The translations under genes were made by a program, and so were the position numbers. A stretch of 64,000 nt of DNA from Bacteroidales bacterium. Lineage in GTDB: Bacteria; Bacteroidota; Bacteroidia; Bacteroidales; JAAUTT01. The notes below the pieces were generated by a model. It was not told the DNA's origin, searched no databases, and saw only the letters and a list, made by a program, of their open reading frames with translations. Below are positions 35,368 to 46,600 of the stretch, in pieces. Position 1 is the first letter of the stretch, and every line of letters starts with the position of its first letter. The DNA is taken from contig DATALJ010000205.1 of the NCBI GenBank assembly GCA_036261135.1, forward strand, positions 760-64,759. Reading direction: 5' to 3'.

Positions 35368-37656
35368 TTATTTCTTCATTCCTTTTTTCTTTTCTTCGAA
35401 AATGGCGTCAATTACAGCAATGGTTACAACATTTACTATGTCGCGAACAGAGCTGTCGTTGTTAAGGATATGAACCGGCTTGTTCAAACCCATTTGAACA
35501 GGACCAATGGTTTCGGCCATACCGATTTCGAGCATCATCTTATACGCAATGTTCGATGAATTCAGGTTAGGGAATATGAGCGTATTCACATCTTTACCAT
35601 CAATCTTCGAGAATGGGAATTTCTCATGACGCAAATCGCGGTCCAATGCAAAGTTCACTTGCATTTCACCATCAATAAGCACGTCAGGATTATTTTTGTG
35701 CAAATGAGCAATGGCTTCATGAACCATAACAGGGCTTCCGCTGGTACGTTCGCCAAAGTTGGAGTACGAAAGCATGGCCATTACTGGTTCTATATTGAAA
35801 AGCTTAACGGTTTCGTTGGTGAGTAAAGCGATATCGATGAGCGTTTCCTTTGTAGGATGGTTGTTAACCATAGTGTCGGCAAAGAAGAATGTGCCAAGCT
35901 TTGAAGTTACAATGTTTAAACCGGCAATGTGACGTAAGCCTTCACGAATACCTACGATATCAATAGCAGGCTTAATGGCATCGCTGTATTTTGTGTATAC
36001 ACCGGTAATACATGCGTCGGCATCGCCCATTTCAACCATCATCATACCAAAGTAGTTGCGGTCGAACATTTTTTCGAATGCATCATCGTACGTAACTCCT
36101 TCGCGCTGACGTTTTTCTGCAAAGTATTTGGCATACTTTTGTCGGCGTGCTTCTTCGCGATCGTGACGCAGGTTAATGATTTCAACACCTTCCAATTCAA
36201 TATTGTTTTCGCAGATCAAGCGACCTATGCGTTCTTCATTGCCTAAAAGAACGGGAACGCAAATACCTTCGGCGCGTGCAACTGATGCTGCCTTTAGCAT
36301 ATTCACATTATTGCCTTCGGCAAATACCACACGTTTGGGATTCGATTTAGCCATTTCAGTCAATCCGCGGAGCAGTTTATTATCCAAGCCCATGCGGTGG
36401 CGAAGTTGATCGGCATAAGCAACCCAATCTGTAATAGTCTTGCGGGCTACACCTGACTCAATAGCAGCTTTTGCAACAGCCGAGGCTACAGTTATCAAAA
36501 GGCGCGGATCGAGTGGTTTTGGAATAATGTATTCGCGACCAAACGAAATGTGCGAAGCATTATAAGCTGAAGCTACCACTTCAGGAACAGGTTCCTTTGC
36601 AAGGCCAGCAATAGCACGTACAGCTGCAACCTTCATTTCTTCATTGATACTGCTTGCGTTAACATCAAGTGCACCGCGGAAAATATAAGGAAAACCTAAT
36701 ACATTGTTTACCTGGTTTGGATGATCGCTACGACCAGTAGCAAAAATAATATCAGGACGGGAAGCTATTGCATCTACATAGGAAATTTCGGGATTAGGAT
36801 TAGCCAATGCAAACACAATCGGATCCTTCGCCATGCTTCTCACCATATCCTGCGAAAGAACGCCTGCTACCGAAAGACCAAGAAATACATCCGCTCCAAC
36901 CATAGCTTCCTGGAGTGTATTAATCTCGAGACTTGTAGCAAATGGTTTCTTGCGTGCGTTAAGATCAGTACGACGTGTGCTAATAACACCTTTGCTATCT
37001 ACCATTACAATATTTTCGAGCTTTGCCCCCAAACGCATGTAAAGTGAAGTACACGACGAGGCAGCTGCCCCTGCACCGTTCACAACGATTTTAATATCTT
37101 CGATTTTCTTACCATTAAGTTCCAAGGCATTAAGTAAGGCTGCACCTGAAATAATAGCAGTACCATGCTGATCGTCGTGCATTAAGGGAATATCCAGCTC
37201 TGCTTTTAAGCGTTCTTCAATATCGAAACACTGAGGAGCCTTAATATCTTCGAGGTTTATACCTCCAAAAGTAGGCGCAATGGCTTTTACAACCTGGATA
37301 AACTTTTCTGTATCCTTCTCGTCCACCTCAATATCAAATACATCTATGTCGGCAAATATCTTAAACAAAAGACCTTTACCTTCCATAACAGGTTTCCCGG
37401 CAAGTGCACCTATGTCACCCAATCCAAGAACTGCTGTACCGTTAGAAATTACTGCTACCAAGTTTCCTTTAGCAGTGTATTCATAAGCATCCTGAGGGTT
37501 CTTTTCAATTTCAAGACAAGGTTCTGCTACACCTGGAGAATATGCAAGCGCCAAATCGCGCTGAGTACTATGTGGTTTTGTTGGTACTACCTGTATTTTA
37601 CCTGGCCTGCCCTCGGCGTGGTAGTTTAGGGCGTCAGAGCGCTTTAAGTTAGCCAT
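35368..37656 (-). CDS. maeB: NADP-dependent malic enzyme (malic enzyme + phosphotransacetylase-like domain)
   Basis: 762 aa. N-terminal LALAYSPGVAEPC, VISNGTAVLGLGDIG, FGGINLEDIKAP and VVNGAGAAA, plus a C-terminal PTA-like domain, i.e. the MaeB architecture. Confidence 0.95.
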   Translation of the reverse strand: MANLKRSDALNYHAEGRPGKIQVVPTKPHSTQRDLALAYSPGVAEPCLEIEKNPQDAYEYTAKGNLVAVISNGTAVLGLGDIGALAGKPVMEGKGLLFKIFADIDVFDIEVDEKDTEKFIQVVKAIAPTFGGINLEDIKAPQCFDIEERLKAELDIPLMHDDQHGTAIISGAALLNALELNGKKIEDIKIVVNGAGAAASSCTSLYMRLGAKLENIVMVDSKGVISTRRTDLNARKKPFATSLEINTLQEAMVGADVFLGLSVAGVLSQDMVRSMAKDPIVFALANPNPEISYVDAIASRPDIIFATGRSDHPNQVNNVLGFPYIFRGALDVNASSINEEMKVAAVRAIAGLAKEPVPEVVASAYNASHISFGREYIIPKPLDPRLLITVASAVAKAAIESGVARKTITDWVAYADQLRHRMGLDNKLLRGLTEMAKSNPKRVVFAEGNNVNMLKAASVARAEGICVPVLLGNEERIGRLICENNIELEGVEIINLRHDREEARRQKYAKYFAEKRQREGVTYDDAFEKMFDRNYFGMMMVEMGDADACITGVYTKYSDAIKPAIDIVGIREGLRHIAGLNIVTSKLGTFFFADTMVNNHPTKETLIDIALLTNETVKLFNIEPVMAMLSYSNFGERTSGSPVMVHEAIAHLHKNNPDVLIDGEMQVNFALDRDLRHEKFPFSKIDGKDVNTLIFPNLNSSNIAYKMMLEIGMAETIGPVQMGLNKPVHILNNDSSVRDIVNVVTIAVIDAIFEEKKKGMKK

Positions 37657-37802
37657 ATATATAATTATTTAATTATTATTAAAAAAATCAAAAAGTCCAA
37701 AAGTAAGAAAAATCAAATATATTATTGATACCTATTATTAAAATGCGTGAAATTCGTAATATTTTTCTTTATCTGCTTATTTTTGCTTTTTAAATTTAAT
37801 CC

Positions 37803-38996
37803 ATGCATACAAAGGTTTCTATCAATGAGCTAAACTCGCGCCTTTACCGCTTTAGAAAGGCAATGGACAAATATAACCCGGGTTGGGAATTTGCGGTAAT
37901 ATTCAGTAAAATAAACCTGTACTATTTCACAGGCACCATGCAGGAAGGCATGCTGATGATACCTCGCGATAATGAGGCTGTTTTATGGGTACGCCGCAGT
38001 TTCGAAAGGGCTATCAACGAATCGCTTTTCCCAACGATTAAACCTATGGAAAGTTATAGGGATGCAGCAGGTTCTTATAAACAGCTTCCCAAAACGGTTT
38101 ATCTCGAAACTGAATTCGTGCCTATGGCCATGTATCAACGTTTCCAGAAATACTTTCAGTTTTCGGATGTAAAGCCGCTCGATTACCAGATTGCCATTAC
38201 AAGGGCAATAAAAAGTCCTTATGAATTGTCGCTTATGGAAGAAGCTGGCAACATACACCGCGAAATACTTGAAGAACACGTGCCCTTTCTTTTGAAAGAA
38301 GGAATGAATGAAGTGACACTTGCCGGCGAACTTTATTCAATTATGTTGAAGAAAGGCCATCACGGGCTGGTTCGCTTCGGCATGTTCGACACAGAAGTTG
38401 TGCTTGGCCATATTGCTTTTGGCGAAAGTTCTATTTATCCCACCAGTTTTAACGGACCCGGAGGTAACTACGGCATGAGCCCTGCAGTGCCACTAATTGG
38501 AAACCGCAAACGCCTGCTAAAGAAAGGTGATCTGGTATTTGTAGATATAGGCCTGGGTGTAAACGGCTATCATACCGACAAAACAATGACTTACATGTTT
38601 GGAAAGATTCTTTCTCAGGAGGCTATAAAAGAACACCTACGTTGTGTAGAAATACAGGACAGGATTGCAGCTATGCTAAAACCCGGTGCCATTCCTTCGA
38701 AGATATACGAAGAAATCATGAGCAGCCTTGAACCATCGTTCCTCGAAAACTTTATGGGATTTGGCCCACGCCAGGTTAAGTTCCTGGGACACGGCATTGG
38801 GCTGACTATTGACGAAGTACCTGTGATCGCTAAAGGCTTTGACGAGCCTTTGGAAGAAAACATGGTGCTTGCCTTGGAACCTAAAAAAGGCATTAAAGAC
38901 ATTGGTATGGTAGGAATCGAAAACACCTTCGTAGTTACATCCCAGGGAGGACGATGCATTACCGGGGAGAACAAGGGTTTGATAAGCGTGTATTGA
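37803..38996 (+). CDS. M24-family metallopeptidase (Xaa-Pro aminopeptidase-like)
   Basis: Creatinase-like N-domain plus a pita-bread C-domain with [34 protein letters not shown] and GIENT metal-ligand segments. Confidence 0.88.
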   Translation: MHTKVSINELNSRLYRFRKAMDKYNPGWEFAVIFSKINLYYFTGTMQEGMLMIPRDNEAVLWVRRSFERAINESLFPTIKPMESYRDAAGSYKQLPKTVYLETEFVPMAMYQRFQKYFQFSDVKPLDYQIAITRAIKSPYELSLMEEAGNIHREILEEHVPFLLKEGMNEVTLAGELYSIMLKKGHHGLVRFGMFDTEVVLGHIAFGESSIYPTSFNGPGGNYGMSPAVPLIGNRKRLLKKGDLVFVDIGLGVNGYHTDKTMTYMFGKILSQEAIKEHLRCVEIQDRIAAMLKPGAIPSKIYEEIMSSLEPSFLENFMGFGPRQVKFLGHGIGLTIDEVPVIAKGFDEPLEENMVLALEPKKGIKDIGMVGIENTFVVTSQGGRCITGENKGLISVY

Positions 38997-39713
38997 TTAA
39001 TTCCCAAACACCTTCCTCAAAATTTCCGAAGTACGGGCAACAGGGTCTTTCCTGATTTTAAGCTCTTCCTTGGCAATCATCACAAAAAGGCCATCAATGG
39101 CTTTGCCGGTAACATACTCAGTTAAGTTGGGATTGATCTTCGTTACAAAGGGAATTTTATTGTAAATATTGGCCAGGTCGGTCCAGTACTTTGTAGCATC
39201 CACTTTATCGAGCGAAGTTTTTATAATGGGTTGGAATTTCTTATTAAGTTCCGGAGATGTGGACTTTTGAAGATATTGGGTAGCGGCATCATCCTTCCCC
39301 TTAACAATATTCAAGGCATCGGTAATGGTCATATTGGTAATGGCTGCCACAAATATGGGTTTGGCTTCCTTTGCGGCATCTTCGGCGGCACGGTTAAGAG
39401 ACAAAACAGCCTGATCAACCTGTTTGCCCATACCCATGGAACGAAGTCTTTTGGCCATTGCATTTGCTTCGGATGGTAGTGGTATTTTTATTTCGGGATT
39501 GCCAAAATAGCCATCGAGCTTGGAAACCACCTGCACTCCTTCTGAAGTTCCCTTTATCAAAGCTTCCTTAATACCACTGGCTGCATCTTGTTCAGTTAAT
39601 CCGGTACTTTTCGACGAAAAGACCTTCTTAATACCTTTCAGTAGTTGGGCGTTACTATTGAGAGAACTTCCAAATACAATAATTATAAACGATAAAAACA
39701 GAATCTTTCTCAT
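38997..39713 (-). CDS. DUF4197 domain protein, secreted
   Basis: Signal peptide MRKILFLSFIIIVFGSSLNSNAQ, then LTEQDAASGIKEALIKGTSEGVQVVSKLDGYFGNPEIKIPLP, the characteristic DUF4197 opening. The ORF extends to 39743, but the ATG at 39713 gives a proper signal peptide. Confidence 0.8.
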   Translation of the reverse strand: MRKILFLSFIIIVFGSSLNSNAQLLKGIKKVFSSKSTGLTEQDAASGIKEALIKGTSEGVQVVSKLDGYFGNPEIKIPLPSEANAMAKRLRSMGMGKQVDQAVLSLNRAAEDAAKEAKPIFVAAITNMTITDALNIVKGKDDAATQYLQKSTSPELNKKFQPIIKTSLDKVDATKYWTDLANIYNKIPFVTKINPNLTEYVTGKAIDGLFVMIAKEELKIRKDPVARTSEILRKVFGN

Positions 39714-39838
39714 ACTGCCGATATTTTTCCCATCATACTTCAAAAACCATACTAAATTAAAGATAATACATAAGATTCATAAATGTCGCTTTCTGTTTAT
39801 TTTTATACTTTTATAGAGATTAATCCTAAATAGAGGGA

Positions 39839-40891
39839 ATGAAGGCTTTTAGTTTTTACTTTTTTTCGGGAACGGGTAATTCCAGGAAAGTAGCCACATG
39901 GTTTTGCAACGAAATGAGCAACGGAGGCGTAAATACCAGCCTTACAGACATTGCCAAAGAACGCGAAACACCAAATGCACCTGATAAGGATGTTACAATT
40001 GGCTTTATCTCGCCTACCCATGGATTTAATTACCCGCCATTATTCATCTATTATCTTTTGCGCTTCCCGAGAGCAAAATACAGAAACGATGTTCTGCTAA
40101 TGAATACGCGTGCGGGTATGAAGCTGTCGAAGATTTTCCTTCCAGGTTTTTCGGGTATTTCCATGTGGTTTGCGGCCATTGTATTGCTTATAAAGGGATA
40201 CAAAATTATTGGCATGCGATCAATCGATTTACCTTCGAACTGGATATCGCTGCATCCGGGACTGCGCTCCAAAGTAGTAACTTCAATGTTCGAACATTAC
40301 GAAATAGTTACACGCAAACTAGCCCGCAACATAATGCTTGGAAAGAAAGTATTCCGACCGTTGCTATGGATAGGAATGCCACTCGACCTTGCCGTTATGC
40401 CCATTGCAGCCGCCTATTTCTTCGTAGGTCGCTTTATACTTGCCAAAACGTTTGTTGCAACCCATGCTTGCGATAATTGCAATGTATGTATTAGTCAGTG
40501 TCCTATCAAAGCCATTTCAATGGTTTATAACAAGCCATATTGGTCGTTCCGTTGCGAAAGCTGCATGCGGTGTATGAACAATTGTCCAAAACGAGCCATT
40601 GAAACGGCACATGGTGTACTGGCTTTAATTATTCTTGTTCTTTATGCAGGTATATTGGGACTTCTATACAAATATTTTCCAATAAACAGCTGGCCTATAC
40701 TTGGGTCCGATTCCGCTATCGATAGTTTTGGCAGGTTTGTTATCGAATCGGCCCTTATATTTGCTTTGCTTCTACTGGTTTACCGCTTGGTACATTATTT
40801 AAAACGCTACACCTGGCTCGATGCACTGGTGTCTTATACTTCATTAACCAAGTACCCATTCTGGCGCAGGTATAAAGCACCCCGGAATTAA
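39839..40891 (+). CDS. EFR1-family ferredoxin: flavodoxin-like N-domain, two 4Fe-4S motifs, TM helices
   Basis: FYFFSGTGNSRKVATWF N-terminus. There are two CxxCxxCxxxCP motifs (CDNCNVCISQCP and CESCMRCMNNCP) and hydrophobic helices on both sides of them. Confidence 0.75.
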   Translation: MKAFSFYFFSGTGNSRKVATWFCNEMSNGGVNTSLTDIAKERETPNAPDKDVTIGFISPTHGFNYPPLFIYYLLRFPRAKYRNDVLLMNTRAGMKLSKIFLPGFSGISMWFAAIVLLIKGYKIIGMRSIDLPSNWISLHPGLRSKVVTSMFEHYEIVTRKLARNIMLGKKVFRPLLWIGMPLDLAVMPIAAAYFFVGRFILAKTFVATHACDNCNVCISQCPIKAISMVYNKPYWSFRCESCMRCMNNCPKRAIETAHGVLALIILVLYAGILGLLYKYFPINSWPILGSDSAIDSFGRFVIESALIFALLLLVYRLVHYLKRYTWLDALVSYTSLTKYPFWRRYKAPRN

Positions 40892-42774
40892 ATCTTTAAT
40901 CCTACAACCGTAACATCATCTACTTGAAAGTTAGCGCCCTTCCAACCTTCAAATGTAAAGTCGAGTATGCTCTTTTGTTCCTCCAAAGGATAATGAGCAA
41001 TGGAAGTAAGTAATTCCTTGAAATTCTTAGCCAGAAATTTCCTGTCGTTGGGGCCACCAAACTGATCTACATACCCATCGGAGCTCAGGTATATAATATC
41101 ATTTTTATGTAGTTCCAGTATATAGTTGGTAAACTCGGCGCTGGAATATGATTTACCAACGGGTATCGGATCGCCCCTAAATGATGTTAATTTATAGGCT
41201 CCTTCCCGGCCCGGACGAAGGATGTACAAAGGGGCATATGCAGCGGCGTATTCAAGCGTCATTTTATCGAAATCGAAAATGCACAAAGCAATGTCCATTC
41301 CATCGTGAACCTCAACGGTTGTGCCTTGCTGGTGTAGCGACTGAACAGTAAATTCGCGCAATTGCTGAAGAATTTCGGCAGCAGTAAACTCTTCGCTACC
41401 TGGCAGGGTAACAATCTGGTTTAAGAAAGAAACGCCAAGCATACTCATCAATGCACCAGATAGTCCATGGCCGGTACAATCGGCAACTGCCACATAATAC
41501 TTGCCATACAGCTTCTTAAACCAGTAGAAATCGCCACTTATCACGTCGCGCGGTTTAAAAAGAATAAAATGTTCCTGAAAAATACTTCCTATGTCGATAG
41601 AAGGAATAAGGGCCGCTTGCTGAACAATACTTGCATAGTAAATATTATCGGTAACCAGTTTTTTCTGGCTTTGAATGGACTCATTCGCCAACTCAAGGTT
41701 ATTGGCCGATGCCTGCAACTCTTCCTTTTGGGTTTGGAGTTCCTTATTCAGGAATTTAAGATCCTCCTTGGTTTTTAATAGCTCATCAATTTTTCGGGTA
41801 AAACTTTCGCGCTGAATAAAGAAACGGACAATTAACCGTGCTATCTTACCGTACTCATCGTGCTTAAACATGAGCTTCCGGGCTTCTTTTTCCGAATTGG
41901 TATCAAGAGCACGCTTAATGATCAGCAATGGCTTTAAAACGGTCCTGTTATATGCATAAATAATGATAAAAGCAATGAGAATGAAGGTAATAATTACCAA
42001 CCGGTCGATATAGGCATTGAGGGGTCGTACAATATCGTTGTAAGTAGTGAGCTTGGATACATAGATTCCTCCCATCTTACGCTGGTTGAATGAATACAAG
42101 GGTAAAACAATTCCCTTAGCGGTATTGGTTTTAGCTAACTGAACCGAATCAATAATTTGCATCCTGCAGGTAAGCAGTTTTTCAATTTTACTGAGTTGTA
42201 AAGAGTCGATTAATTTGCCAATTACCAGGTAACCAGCCGGAGGAACCCTTTTGTTTATATCAATTGAAGGATGTATTGTGGTTGCTACAACCTGGTAAAG
42301 TTTACCTTCGTGAAGGCTGAAAAACTGTAAACGCCTCGAACCGTAAAGACGGGCAAAAAAGTCGCTATCGTAATTCAGTTCACCCTTTGAACAGGAACAT
42401 TGAAGCGTTGACCGCTCCAGAATATTTTTTTTCTGTAGGTTAAAAACCTGGAAAAAATCCAGATCAAGTATTTCCGGGGGACTAACAAAATTATCAACAG
42501 CAGACGTATCAGGATCTTTAACAAAATGATACATCCAGTCGTAGCAGGAATAATCGGTACTTACCCTGTCTATAAATTCACCCTGCGACTCAAAGATGGC
42601 ATGAACCGATTTATAAAGCTCTTCGTTCTGGATTTTAGTATTTATGCGTGCTTGCTTATTTATTAGGTTATGATATAAAATAAATCCTGTCGAAAACAAA
42701 ACAAGTATAGTTCCTATAACGAAGTATACCTTAAAACGGATACTCAAATTAAGCAATGTATTCCTCAACTTCAT
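40888..42774 (-). CDS. SpoIIE/PP2C-family protein phosphatase with N-terminal membrane sensor region and coiled coil
   Basis: Two TM helices bracket a domain of about 230 aa. Then a HAMP-like/coiled-coil segment and the C-terminal PP2C motifs ISGDFYWF, VAVADCTGHGLSGALMSM, SDGYVDQFG and DDVTVVGLKI. Confidence 0.85.
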   Translation of the reverse strand: MKLRNTLLNLSIRFKVYFVIGTILVLFSTGFILYHNLINKQARINTKIQNEELYKSVHAIFESQGEFIDRVSTDYSCYDWMYHFVKDPDTSAVDNFVSPPEILDLDFFQVFNLQKKNILERSTLQCSCSKGELNYDSDFFARLYGSRRLQFFSLHEGKLYQVVATTIHPSIDINKRVPPAGYLVIGKLIDSLQLSKIEKLLTCRMQIIDSVQLAKTNTAKGIVLPLYSFNQRKMGGIYVSKLTTYNDIVRPLNAYIDRLVIITFILIAFIIIYAYNRTVLKPLLIIKRALDTNSEKEARKLMFKHDEYGKIARLIVRFFIQRESFTRKIDELLKTKEDLKFLNKELQTQKEELQASANNLELANESIQSQKKLVTDNIYYASIVQQAALIPSIDIGSIFQEHFILFKPRDVISGDFYWFKKLYGKYYVAVADCTGHGLSGALMSMLGVSFLNQIVTLPGSEEFTAAEILQQLREFTVQSLHQQGTTVEVHDGMDIALCIFDFDKMTLEYAAAYAPLYILRPGREGAYKLTSFRGDPIPVGKSYSSAEFTNYILELHKNDIIYLSSDGYVDQFGGPNDRKFLAKNFKELLTSIAHYPLEEQKSILDFTFEGWKGANFQVDDVTVVGLKI

Positions 42775-42870
42775 GCAAACAAGCCTCTCTTAAAAACAAC
42801 TTGTTTACGATCCGGAATGGGTAAAGTTATTTTTTATCTAACTAAAATTCGAAAATATCTCAAACCGCTA

Positions 42871-42912
42871 CAAATAAAGAGCCTTCCGGAGCTTCAACAG
42901 CTACGGAAGGCA
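42871..42912 (-). terminator. Rho-independent terminator after the 42959-43456 gene
   Basis: GCCTTCCG (42882-42889) / CGGAAGGC (42905-42912). On the minus strand the stem is followed by TCTTTATTTGT. Confidence 0.6.
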
Positions 42913-42958
42913 TATAAACCTAAATCACAAAATTAAAATCGTTCTGAAAAACTTTGTC

Positions 42959-43456
42959 CTAAGCCTCGTTATATTTTACACCAAAGAAAGTAAACAATGT
43001 AGGGTAGTTCACGTCAGTAACTTCAACCCAAAGCTCATCACCTTTGTAAACTACATAATAGTCCATGGTAAAGCCATTCACATTAAAACCTTTTGAGCCA
43101 TTTGCATGGGCTAAACTACCGGTATACTTAAAAAGCTTTAAACCTCCGCGTGTAGCAACAAATTGCATGAACTCTTCTTTACCAGTTTTTTCGTTATTCT
43201 TATATACAGGAAGCTTTTCGTAATACATATTATTCAGGAGTATTGCTTTCACTTCATTTTTTGGTATAAATACCGCAGTTCCGTTTTCGTATACCACTTT
43301 AATATCGTTGGCCCTGAAAAGAATTTGCTTGCAGTTGGTCAGTTCGCCTGTGTTCTTTACGAAGTAGGTAGATTCGAGATTAGCAGCCATAGTTGCTGTA
43401 GCTATCATTAATGCGCTTATGATCAAAATTAAATTCTTCATGGTTTTGTCCTCCAT
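42959..43456 (-). CDS. Hypothetical secreted protein
   Basis: 165-aa ORF with a signal peptide (MKNLILIISALMIATATMA) and its own terminator. I recognise no family. Confidence 0.6.
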   Translation of the reverse strand: MEDKTMKNLILIISALMIATATMAANLESTYFVKNTGELTNCKQILFRANDIKVVYENGTAVFIPKNEVKAILLNNMYYEKLPVYKNNEKTGKEEFMQFVATRGGLKLFKYTGSLAHANGSKGFNVNGFTMDYYVVYKGDELWVEVTDVNYPTLFTFFGVKYNEA

Positions 43457-43647
43457 TGGTTTGATTTACGATGTAAAAGTACAACCAGCTACAACCCTAA
43501 AACAAAAGAAATCTACCACTTACGAGAACAAAACGGTGAAACCGGTTACCGGACGATTCAGCCATTTCACCGTTTAAACATCGTATCATGGCGATTCGAT
43601 TTCCGTTTTGAATGAAGTTTAATTACCTTTGAATCAAATTTATAAAC

Positions 43648-46600
43648 ATGAAATCCAGAGTTTTAGCGGTAGTTTTATGGATCGGATGTCTTGGACCGGT
43701 TTTCGGACAAATCGGATGGGGATCTTTTACAAACTACAGTATAAAGGATGGATTGTCGCAAAGTACCGTTACCAGCATATTCCAGGATAGTAATGGTTTC
43801 ATATGGCTTGGAACGTCTGACGGATTGAATAAATTCGACGGGCAGAAATTTACCATATACAAGAACAATTACAAAGACCCGAATAGCCTGTCGGACAACT
43901 GGATATTCGCTATTCTTAAGGAAGATTCGAAGAATAACCTGTGGATATTTACTGCCGACTGGAACCTCAATAAATTCAACCTACGAAACCATGAGATTAG
44001 GCGATACTCCCTTAAACTGGAAAGAGTGTTCATACATCAGCCGCTAAAGCAAATTTATTCGTTCGAAGAAGATGCTGAAAAAAATTTGTGGCTTTCTACC
44101 AACCGTGGCGTTTTCAAATACATATCAGCCACCGACAGTTTTAAGACCTATTTCCCGTTCCCGACGCAGGAAGCAGCTACAGATAATATAGTGTGGTCAT
44201 TTACCGATACCCATGGTTCTATCTGGTTTGGATCAAACCTTGGTCTCTGTAAGTACAATTCCCACGAAGACAACTTCACCTATTACGCAGAAAACAAAAG
44301 CAATCCCACCTCACTGCTGTCCAACCATATCTTGCGGATGGTCACTTTCGATAAAAAAACTTGGGTGATTACCAAGGAAGGGATTAGCTTATATAATGAA
44401 AAAAGCAACAATTTCACCTCATTTCCTTACCCACAGGCTATTCTGTCGCAAAAGCCGACCTTCCGCTTCAAAACCATTGTGGCCGATAAGGCAGGAAACA
44501 TTTGGGTGGGAACCAATGTGGGTCTGATTCAATTCAATACATCCAAACAAGTGTACCAGGTTTTCCAGCAAAACAAGACGAAAAAGGGTTCTATTTCGTC
44601 CAATGAAATCTCGGCTATTTTTCAGGATAAATCAGGAAACATTTGGGTGGGAACAATCGATGGCCTTAATAAATACGAGCCCGGAAAAGAGCATTTTATG
44701 CATTATTTTGCCGAGCCTGGCTTCTCGGAAAATAATTTTGTGAGTGACATCCTGGAGCTCAGAAACAACGAGATTTGGATTGTTCGGAAAGAGATAAACG
44801 ACGCCAAAATGTGCCGCTTAAATAAAGTTACAGGTTTTATAGAATCGCTTCCATCTAATACCTGCGACCCAAATTCATTGTCAAACAGCCAGATAAGTTC
44901 CGTTTTCGCAGACAAAAGCGGAAACCTTTGGCTGGGCACATTTGGGAATAGTGCATTTAAATATACCCCGCGGTCGGGCAAGTTCGCGCATTATTTTTCT
45001 GTTCCGGGAAACCAAAACACATTGAAAGAGAATTCGATATGGGGCTTCTCCGAAGATAAAAAAGGGAATATTTGGATTGCCATGCACGATGGGACCATTG
45101 CTAAATTCGATACCGTAAGTAAACATTTTACCAATTATCCATTATTTAAAAATGGAATAAAAAATTTTACAATTACCAACCTTGTAGTCGATGCCAACGG
45201 CGAAATATGGATAGCCTCGGTAATGGGCGGCCTTATCCGCTTCAATCCACAAACCGGTAGGGTTCGTCATTATTTGAATAATCCAAATGATTCTACCAGT
45301 ATTTCGAGCAATCTGCTTTTCATGATAACCATAGATAAATCTGGGAAAATCTGGATTGCACATGCAGTAGCGGGGATCGATATATTTGATCCCCAAACCG
45401 AAACATTCACCCATCTTACACATAACCCAGGTAATACCAATAGCTTGTCAAACAACAGCGTGTGGTCTATTCTACAGGATTATAAAGGAAACATGTGGAT
45501 TGCAACCGATGGGGCCGTTGACTTTTATGAACCTTCGAAAAAACGTTTCACACACTATTATGCGCGAAAAGAAATCTCGGGCGGGTTACTGAACGATAAA
45601 GCACTATGCATATACGACGACCGGAAAGGTAATATCTGGTTCGGTACATCAGGCGGTGGGTTAAGTAAATTCAATACTTCCACAAAGAAATTCATACATT
45701 ATACCGAAAGCGAAGGCCTTGCCAACAATGTTATTTATGGTATTGTAGGCGACAATGAGGGTAACTTGTGGCTGAGTACCAACAGAGGATTGTCGCGGTT
45801 CAACATACAAAACCAGACATTTACCAATTACCGCGAAAACGCTGGCCTACAAAGCGATGAATTTAACCAGAGCTCCTATTTTCGCAGTAGTACGGGGAAG
45901 ATCTATTTCGGAGGAATTAATGGTTTCAACGTATTCACGCCCACGCATATTACCAAAGATTCGATAGCTCCCGAAACCTTAATCACCGGATTATTGGTAT
46001 CGGACAAGCAGGTTCGTGTAAAGGCTCGCCATAAAATGAAACAGAACGACACAATATGCGACTGCAAGCTCATGCGCGATAGCTCAGGTTACTATTTACC
46101 TATGGATATAGTCTTTTCGCAGCACATTACAATCCCTTACAGCGCCAAAGTGCTCACATTGCAGTTTGCTGCTATAGCCTACAATAATCCTGAAGGAACT
46201 GCCTTTCGTTACAAAATGGAAAATTTTGACGACGACTGGCATTACACAAGCGATATAAACGCAGCCACCTACACCAACCTGGCACCAGGTAATTATGTAT
46301 TCAAGGTATCGGCCGCAAACAGCGATGGCGTATTCAATACACGAACCCGCGATATTGTAATAACCATCACACCTCCATTTTGGAAAACATGGTGGTTCTT
46401 AATCCTCGAAATTGCTGCTATTATTGCCGCAATCTGGCTTTTTATCCGCTTGCGCGAGCGCAACTTAAAACATTCCAAAGTGAAGCTGGAAGCCAAGGTT
46501 AAGGAGCGTACACGCCGAATAGAAGAAATTAACGAAGAACTCCGGCTTCGCAATGCCGAGATAAACAGGCAGAAAGAAGAAATTGCACTTCAAGCTGGCC

